Below are positions 58,515-64,000 of a DNA stretch of 64,000 nt, piece after piece; the first letter of the stretch is position 1, and each line of letters starts with the position of its first letter. Below the pieces are notes generated by a model, which saw only the letters and a list, made by a program, of their open reading frames with translations, was not told the DNA's origin and did not search any database. A program made the translations under genes and the position numbers. The stretch comes from an uncultured Verrucomicrobiota bacterium (GTDB lineage: Bacteria; Verrucomicrobiota; Verrucomicrobiia; Limisphaerales; UBA8199), in NCBI GenBank assembly GCA_964401575.1, contig CAYNZC010000005.1:11137-75136 (forward strand), given 5' to 3'.

Positions 58515-60008
58515 ATGCTGCGCGGCATGAGATCTCTGTCGCTGGCGTTGGGTGGACTATACCTGATAATAGCAATGTCGCTTCAAAGCGCTCCCCGGCA
58601 ACCAAACGTACTGCTCATATGCGTGGACGATTTGAAGCCGCTGCTCGGGTGCTACGGTCAGTCGCTTGTGAAGTCTCCGAACATGGATCGGCTGTCCTCG
58701 CGTGGAGTGCTTTTTCAAAAAGCGTATTGCAACCAGGCTGTGTGCGCTCCGTCGCGTAATTCCCTCATGACCGGCATGCGCCCTGGAACGATCGGCATCT
58801 ACGATCTTGGCACCAATTTCAGGCTGGCAGTTCCCCGGGCAGTAACCATGGCTGAAGCCTTCAAGAATGCCGGGTACACAACCGAGGCCCTGGGCAAAAT
58901 ATTCCATGTCGGGCATGGAAACCAGGAGGACCCGGCTTCGTGGACTGTGGCGCACTGGCGCCCTTCAACGCCGATGTATGTTGTTCAAAGCAACATGCCG
59001 CCCAGCCAGCCCAAAAAAGGAAAAACAAAAAAGAAAAAGGCTCCTGCCGATCCGCGCGGCAGGGCTGTTGAGTGCGCCGACGTAGCCGACTCCGCGTATG
59101 CCGACGGCCAGGTTGCCGACGAGGCCATTCGGCGTCTGCAGACTCGCAAAGAATCCGGGCGGCCATTTTTTCTCGCGGTGGGGTTTCTAAAGCCGCACCT
59201 GCCGTTTGTCGCCCCGAAAAAGTATTGGGACCTTTACAAACGTGAGCAGTTTGAACCTTACCCGAACCAGGAGGCGCCCGTGGGAGCGCCTGAGTTTGCG
59301 CCGACGACCTGGGGTGAGTTGCGGAACTATTCGGACATACCGGATACGGGCCCTCTTTCTGCCGGACAGCAGCGCGAGTTAATTCACGGATACTATGCCG
59401 CAGTGAGCTACACAGACGCCCAAATCGGGCGAGTGTTGGGCGAGTTGGAAAGACTCGGCCTTGCGCAGGACACTGTGGTCGTGCTTTGGGGCGATCATGG
59501 CTGGCATTTGGGTGATCACGGGATGTGGTGCAAACACACCAACTATGAAGAGGCCGCACGCATTCCGCTCATTATTTGCGTGCCCGGGCTGGAGACGCAT
59601 GGGGACAGGTCATCGTCGCTAGTGGAATCGGTTGATGTGTATCCTACTCTTTGTGAGTTGGCCGGGATTCAGCCGCCACCGGGTCTCGATGGCAAAAGCG
59701 TTGTGCCGGTGTTAAGGAATCCAACAAAAGAGAACAAGCCCGCTGTGATGCACTTCTATCCACGGAATGTGAAAGACAAGGGCCAGCTCATTGGACGTGC
59801 CGTGCGCACGAGCCGTTACCGTCTCGTCGAGTGGAAGGCGCCCGGCGAAAAGCCGGAATCAGCGGTTCTCGAGCTCTATGACTACGAGGAGGATCCCGGC
59901 GAGACCAGGAACCTGGCCAAGAGCCGACCTGAAGTGGTCAGAGAACTTAGGGCGATTCTGGCCCGGCACCCGGAAGCCAAGCCTCAGGTCTCTCGGCCGG
60001 CCAGTTAA
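58515..60008 (+). CDS. Formylglycine-dependent sulfatase, iduronate-2-sulfatase-like
   Basis: PNVLLICVDDLKPLLGCYGQSLVKSPNMDRLSSRGVLFQKAYCNQAVCAPSRNSLMTG is nearly collinear with the N-terminus of human IDS as I recall it. It has a signal peptide and the CxPSR motif. Confidence 0.9.
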   Translation: MLRGMRSLSLALGGLYLIIAMSLQSAPRQPNVLLICVDDLKPLLGCYGQSLVKSPNMDRLSSRGVLFQKAYCNQAVCAPSRNSLMTGMRPGTIGIYDLGTNFRLAVPRAVTMAEAFKNAGYTTEALGKIFHVGHGNQEDPASWTVAHWRPSTPMYVVQSNMPPSQPKKGKTKKKKAPADPRGRAVECADVADSAYADGQVADEAIRRLQTRKESGRPFFLAVGFLKPHLPFVAPKKYWDLYKREQFEPYPNQEAPVGAPEFAPTTWGELRNYSDIPDTGPLSAGQQRELIHGYYAAVSYTDAQIGRVLGELERLGLAQDTVVVLWGDHGWHLGDHGMWCKHTNYEEAARIPLIICVPGLETHGDRSSSLVESVDVYPTLCELAGIQPPPGLDGKSVVPVLRNPTKENKPAVMHFYPRNVKDKGQLIGRAVRTSRYRLVEWKAPGEKPESAVLELYDYEEDPGETRNLAKSRPEVVRELRAILARHPEAKPQVSRPAS

Positions 60009-60032
60009 TCACGGCGCCGTCATGGGCGCCCC

Positions 60033-61691
60033 TTAGTGGCCAGGTGAGGTTTTCACATGCAGACTGTCTGTCTTGCTGTAACTGGGCCACATGAAGCCGT
60101 ATAGGGCAATGAAGATGAAGCAAACCATTGGCACGATAAAGCCCTTTGACATGTTGTAATTGTCCGCTACGGCTCCCATGAGCTTCGGGAGAATTGCGCC
60201 GCCCATGATGGCCATGACGAGGTAGGCGGAGGCCTTTTTGGCCCTTGCGCCCAACCCGTGGATCCCCAGCGCGAAGATGGTCGGGAACATGATGGACATA
60301 AAAAAGTAGCTCAGGAAAACGCAGATCACGGAGAACCAGCCAAGCTTAAGGAATACCAGCAGGCAGAGGAAAACGTTCAGCGCGCCATAAAGCGCAAGCA
60401 CTTTGTGGGCGGCATAGGTCCTCAAAATGGCCGCGCCGCTGAAACGTCCGGTCAGGAAACAGAAGAATCCGACCGAGACCATGAAGGAGGCGCCTTTGTC
60501 ACTGAAGCCGAGCGCGCCGTTTTTGTGTGTCTCGAGCAAGCCGCCGAAGAAGCTGTGCCTCCAGCTTTCCGGCATCGCTGGCACTTCGGAGGTCAGGTAG
60601 TTGATAAGAAAGCTGAAGATGCCGGCCTGGGCAGCGACGTAGAGGAACTGCGCGATGGTCGCACCGGCAAAATGAGGATGGGACCAGATACTGTGACTCG
60701 AAATTGACCGCGAAGTGCCGGCGAGTTTTACTGCGGCTATGAGCACCGCCAGGAGAACGCCCATGGCAACCACGATGGCCAGCGCGGAATGCTCGGTAAC
60801 TTCGAAGCTCGCGGGTAACGGAAGGCTGGACACGAAACCGATCAGCGGTTTGCCAAGGGTTGTGGTGCTTAGTATGACATAACCGATCATTCCAACACTG
60901 ACAGCCAGAGCCAGCACATTGCCGAGCAGGGTGATGTAAATGTTGCCAACTTCGCCGCGCATGGGCTCCGCAGGCTTCGTTGCGTCAGTTTTTTGGGACT
61001 CATCGAGTTTGTAAACGTCGGCGGTTTTTATGTCAGGCACATAAGCCAGAAAAAAGATGATGGCCAGAACAATGACCACCACCGCTACGCCTGCGTACGG
61101 GATCCAAAGAGTATCGGCGCCGGTGTTCCTGCCGGAGGCGTCTTTGCCGTAAAAAAACATGCCGCCCGCGATCGGGCCCAGGAGCCAGCCAATGCCATTG
61201 CAGGATTGCGCGAGATTGATGCGCGTGGCGGCGTAGGCGGGGTCACCAAGCACCGTGGTGTATGGGTTGGCGATGGTTTCCAGAAAGGTCAGCCCTGCGG
61301 CGATGACGCACACTCCCAGGAGGAAAGCCCAGAAGGCCGCGATCTTGGTGGCCGGAATGAACCACAAACCGCCCGCGGCCACCATGAGCAATCCGGCGAT
61401 GATCCCGCCCTTGTAGCCGAGCTTTGTGGCCAGCCACCCGGCTGGAATCGCCATTAGGAAGTAACCGAGGTAGTGAGCGAACTGGACCCAGGCGGACTGC
61501 GCGAGTGTGAGCTTCAGTTCGATCTGGAAAAGTTTGTCCATGACGTCGATCATGCCGTTGCAAAAGCCCCACAGGAGAAAGAGCAAACTGACGAGCACAA
61601 ACGTAACAACAAGGTTTTGACCGTCGTCGGTCGTAAACAAACCTCGTTTGGCTGGTTGCTGGGCTCCTGAATTTCCTGTTTGTTGGTTCAT
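60033..61691 (-). CDS. MFS sugar:H+ symporter, FucP (fucose/glucose/galactose) family, with a central insertion
   Basis: LLFLLWGFCNGMIDVMDKLFQ...AHYLGYFLMAIPAGWLATKLGYKGGII...FLETIANPYTTVLG is collinear with E. coli FucP. Confidence 0.85.
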   Translation of the reverse strand: MNQQTGNSGAQQPAKRGLFTTDDGQNLVVTFVLVSLLFLLWGFCNGMIDVMDKLFQIELKLTLAQSAWVQFAHYLGYFLMAIPAGWLATKLGYKGGIIAGLLMVAAGGLWFIPATKIAAFWAFLLGVCVIAAGLTFLETIANPYTTVLGDPAYAATRINLAQSCNGIGWLLGPIAGGMFFYGKDASGRNTGADTLWIPYAGVAVVVIVLAIIFFLAYVPDIKTADVYKLDESQKTDATKPAEPMRGEVGNIYITLLGNVLALAVSVGMIGYVILSTTTLGKPLIGFVSSLPLPASFEVTEHSALAIVVAMGVLLAVLIAAVKLAGTSRSISSHSIWSHPHFAGATIAQFLYVAAQAGIFSFLINYLTSEVPAMPESWRHSFFGGLLETHKNGALGFSDKGASFMVSVGFFCFLTGRFSGAAILRTYAAHKVLALYGALNVFLCLLVFLKLGWFSVICVFLSYFFMSIMFPTIFALGIHGLGARAKKASAYLVMAIMGGAILPKLMGAVADNYNMSKGFIVPMVCFIFIALYGFMWPSYSKTDSLHVKTSPGH

Positions 61692-61731
61692 AAATGTTGA
61701 ATAGTGTCAAATCCGGTTCCGCAACTGGTTT

Positions 61732-62724
61732 TCAAGCGCGCGGGTGCGCCTGTGCATAGGCTTTCTTGAGACGTTCGGTTGTGACGTGCGTATAGACTTG
61801 TGTGCTTGTGAGGTGGGCATGGCCCAGCAGTTCCTGCACACTTCGGAGGTCCGCGCCTGCGTCCAACATATGCGTCGCGTAGCTGTGCCGGAGCTTGTGC
61901 GGGGTCAGGTTTGGATCCAATCCTGCGGCTGCGAGGTATCTCTTTAATCTGCGCTGGATATCACGCGGGCAGACGGCTCTTCCGCCTTTCGGGGATAGGA
62001 ACAATGCGCCTGCTGCGGCGATATCGTCAAGATGCGAGCAGTAGGAGGCGATGGCTTTTAAAGCGGTGTCGCCGATCGGCACCAGGCGTTCCTTTTTGCC
62101 CTTTCCACGGATCCGCACCAGGCCTTCTCTTTTGTCCAGATCTTCGACCTTGAGGCCGCAGACTTCGCTGATACGCAGGCCGCAAGAGTATAAGGTTTCG
62201 AAGATGGCCTCGTCTCGCAGGCATAGCCGCAGGGCCCGCTTTCGCATCGGTTCGGGTGCTGTATCAGGGGGCAGAAGACTTCGGGGAGCAGCGAGCAGGT
62301 CGAGCATTTGCTGCTTTGTCAGGAACTGGGGGAGGCGCCTGGGCTGCTTAGGGAGGGCGATATTCTTAATTGGAGACACCTCGACTGTTCCCTCACGAAC
62401 AAGGAACTTGTAAAAGCTGCGAAGCGCGGAAAAACGCAGGTGAACGGCGGAGCGGCCGAGGTTGCGTCGGCCGATGTATCTCAAATAGGCCCGGAAATCG
62501 TCGCGGCCCAGGCTGCTCCAGTCCGGAGTGGTTTTACGCTCTTCCGAATGCCATTCGTGAAATCCGCGCAGGGCTTGAGTATAGTTCCGTACGGTGTAAG
62601 CGGAAGCGCCACGGGCTGAGGCGAGGTGGTTCAGGAAACGTTGGGCTGCGGGATCGAGAGCCGATCCAGATACGACTGTGGGTGCAGCCACCTGGCTACT
62701 GGGCTGTTTCCTTTGTGAAAGCAT
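61732..62724 (-). CDS. Tyrosine site-specific recombinase XerC/XerD family
   Basis: RNYTQALRGF...GLRISEVCGL...HKLRHSYATHMLDAGADLRSVQELLGHAHLTSTQVYTHV. ATG 62724 overlaps the exbD end by 29 nt, and an alternative GTG lies at 62691. Confidence 0.88.
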   Translation of the reverse strand: MLSQRKQPSSQVAAPTVVSGSALDPAAQRFLNHLASARGASAYTVRNYTQALRGFHEWHSEERKTTPDWSSLGRDDFRAYLRYIGRRNLGRSAVHLRFSALRSFYKFLVREGTVEVSPIKNIALPKQPRRLPQFLTKQQMLDLLAAPRSLLPPDTAPEPMRKRALRLCLRDEAIFETLYSCGLRISEVCGLKVEDLDKREGLVRIRGKGKKERLVPIGDTALKAIASYCSHLDDIAAAGALFLSPKGGRAVCPRDIQRRLKRYLAAAGLDPNLTPHKLRHSYATHMLDAGADLRSVQELLGHAHLTSTQVYTHVTTERLKKAYAQAHPRA

Positions 62725-63121
62725 TTACGACCTTGATCCTGGCCTCCTTTGCGGCGTCCATGATCCGGACGATTTGTCCGAATGGGGCGGCTTTATCTGC
62801 GCTGATGGCCAGTTTCAAATCCGGTTTTCGGGATGCCATCGAGAGCAGTTCCTCTTTCAGGCTTTCCGGCGTGACACGCTTGCCCTCCTGCCCGAGCCGG
62901 AGGTTGCCTTTTAGGTCCACGGTTACCACCAGGGGTGGTTCCTCGTGGGCACCTGTTCGTTGCGCCTGGGAGGATTCCGGGAGGGCTAACTTGAGCGATG
63001 GCTGCTGTTTGAAGGTGGTGGTCACCATCAGAAAAATGAGAAGGACGATCAGGATGTCGATCAGTGCGACAATAATGATCGCCGGAGCTTGTCTTCTATT
63101 GCGGGTGTAGAAGCGCATCAC
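62696..63121 (-). CDS. exbD: Biopolymer transport protein ExbD/TolR
   Basis: Single TM helix IIIVALIDILIVLLIFLMV and a periplasmic ExbD fold (LKLAISADKAAPFGQIVRIMDAAKEA). Confidence 0.88.
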   Translation of the reverse strand: MMRFYTRNRRQAPAIIIVALIDILIVLLIFLMVTTTFKQQPSLKLALPESSQAQRTGAHEEPPLVVTVDLKGNLRLGQEGKRVTPESLKEELLSMASRKPDLKLAISADKAAPFGQIVRIMDAAKEARIKVVNAFTKETAQ

Positions 63122-63717
63122 TTTTGTGCGGGATCTTTGCGGTAGAGGCGCCGCACAAATTCATCGCACATGGTTTCCAGTTCCACGGCAATGGTTTCTA
63201 CCTTTTTGGAGTAATAGCTCCAGAAAATGAGAGACGGTATGGCGATGAGCAGGCCGAGGAGCGTGGCGTTCAGGATGAGTGCGATTCCGTTGGCAAGAAG
63301 CGAGGCGTCGTTCAGGCCGGATTGGCCGATGTTCCCGAATAGGGTCATCATGCCCGCGATGGTGCCCACAAGACCGAGCAGGGGAGCGATGCCAACAATG
63401 ATCTCGAGGACTACCAGGCCTCTCTCGAGCCGTGCGACCTCCTGCCGGGCGCGTGTCTGGAGAGCGTCCACGTTTTCATCACGAGGCCAGCCCTGGTGGT
63501 CGGCAGCCAGGAGCAGTAGTCGGCTAAGTGCCGAGTCATTCTGACGACACACGCGCTGCAGCATCGGCACGTCTTCGGGGGTCTGACACGATTCGAGGGC
63601 GGACTGCACCTGGGGCGGGATCACGCGGCTCCAGCGAAGCACAAGGCCCCTCTCCACAATGAAGGCCAGACCCACTACGGAAGTGAGAATCAACAAACCA
63701 TAAACAAGCGGTTCCAT
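63118..63717 (-). CDS. exbB: MotA/TolQ/ExbB proton channel protein
   Basis: IAPLLGLVGTIAGM...ALILNATLLGLLIAIP. ATGA overlap with exbD. Confidence 0.88.
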   Translation of the reverse strand: MEPLVYGLLILTSVVGLAFIVERGLVLRWSRVIPPQVQSALESCQTPEDVPMLQRVCRQNDSALSRLLLLAADHQGWPRDENVDALQTRARQEVARLERGLVVLEIIVGIAPLLGLVGTIAGMMTLFGNIGQSGLNDASLLANGIALILNATLLGLLIAIPSLIFWSYYSKKVETIAVELETMCDEFVRRLYRKDPAQK

Positions 63718-63902
63718 GCGACAGAACTTTCACATGCACTGTAGGAATTGGCTCCGAGAGGTCAAGCGCGTATGCGCGCCCAACGTGTCGTTGGCTGCCG
63801 CGCCCTCTGCCCTCGTTTACCGATGTGGGCCGCGATGACTGACCCGCGGACCGCTGATCTGCGATACCTTCTGCGCGGGCGGCGACAGGCCGAACTTCTG
63901 CT

Positions 63903-63930
63903 TTGACGTGCTGTCGGCCGCACTTAGTAT
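63903..63930 (+). promoter_or_regulatory. Candidate sigma70-like promoter for the edge gene
   Basis: TTGACG (63903-63908), 16-nt spacer, TAGTAT (63925-63930). This would give a near-leaderless mRNA for ATG 63943. Pattern match only. Confidence 0.25.
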
Positions 63931-63942
63931 GTCCCCGTATAT

Positions 63943-64000
63943 ATGAAACTATTGTTCAGCATGTTTGCCATCGCCGCAGCCTCCGCCCTCTCGGCAACCG
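63943..64000 (+). CDS. 5' end of a secreted-protein gene (runs off the window)
   Basis: ATG at 63943 gives MKLLFSMFAIAAASALSAT..., a signal-peptide-like start. Only 19 codons are visible, and it is not in the ORF track. Confidence 0.35.
   Translation, partial: MKLLFSMFAIAAASALSAT

Noticed and set aside
61732-62724. Tyrosine recombinase considered as the marker of an integrated mobile element
   Set aside because: It shows the XerC/D-type domain order, with no adjacent tRNA, direct repeats, excisionase or cargo genes, and its composition matches the flanking sequence.

Overview
Moderately GC-rich, densely coded bacterial chromosomal window with about 60 CDS, mostly on the minus strand and often joined by 1-4 nt stop/start overlaps. 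Gene content suggests a PVC-group, Verrucomicrobiota-like glycan degrader: iduronate-sulfatase-like sulfatase, heparinase II/III-like lyase, Asp-box/BNR hydrolase, HGSNAT-like acyltransferase, BatD/BatE and a His6-type HisA. This taxonomic guess is inference only. I saw no rRNA, tRNA, CRISPR array, transposase or prophage. Housekeeping blocks: hisH; a heme operon (ccsA-like, hemA, hemC, fused cobA/hemD, then a LON-N domain protein and DUF1844); nadA, a lone nuoA and a phosphohexomutase; a complete F1Fo ATP synthase operon atpBEFHAGDC without atpI; dapF-dapA-dapB-folK; PolX plus isochorismatase; comEC; exbB-exbD-xerC. The best candidate for an undescribed system is the tightly coupled operon at 11.5-17.4 kb. 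It encodes two cobalamin-type radical SAM enzymes, an intact FabF-like ketosynthase, a catalytically dead KS-like partner and a eukaryote-type HisA, with no ACP or reductive enzymes, so it looks like a module for tailoring an unusual lipid or polyketide. Secondary leads: a tandem-fused ThyX pseudo-dimer with split active-site motifs; a secreted mini-protein built of six 20-aa YD-like repeats; an orphan PilB/GspE ATPase carrying an MshEN-type c-di-GMP motif plus a GspE-N-domain partner; a 1454-aa GH13 + amylo-1,6-glucosidase fusion coupled to a Tat-signal protein; and an AT-rich 612-nt intergenic region holding a promoter/hairpin/terminator unit that may be an sRNA. The supplied ORF track omits ORFs that run off the window edges, and I recovered one such ORF at each end by hand. 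All functional calls rest on motif and family recognition by eye. No database search was run.
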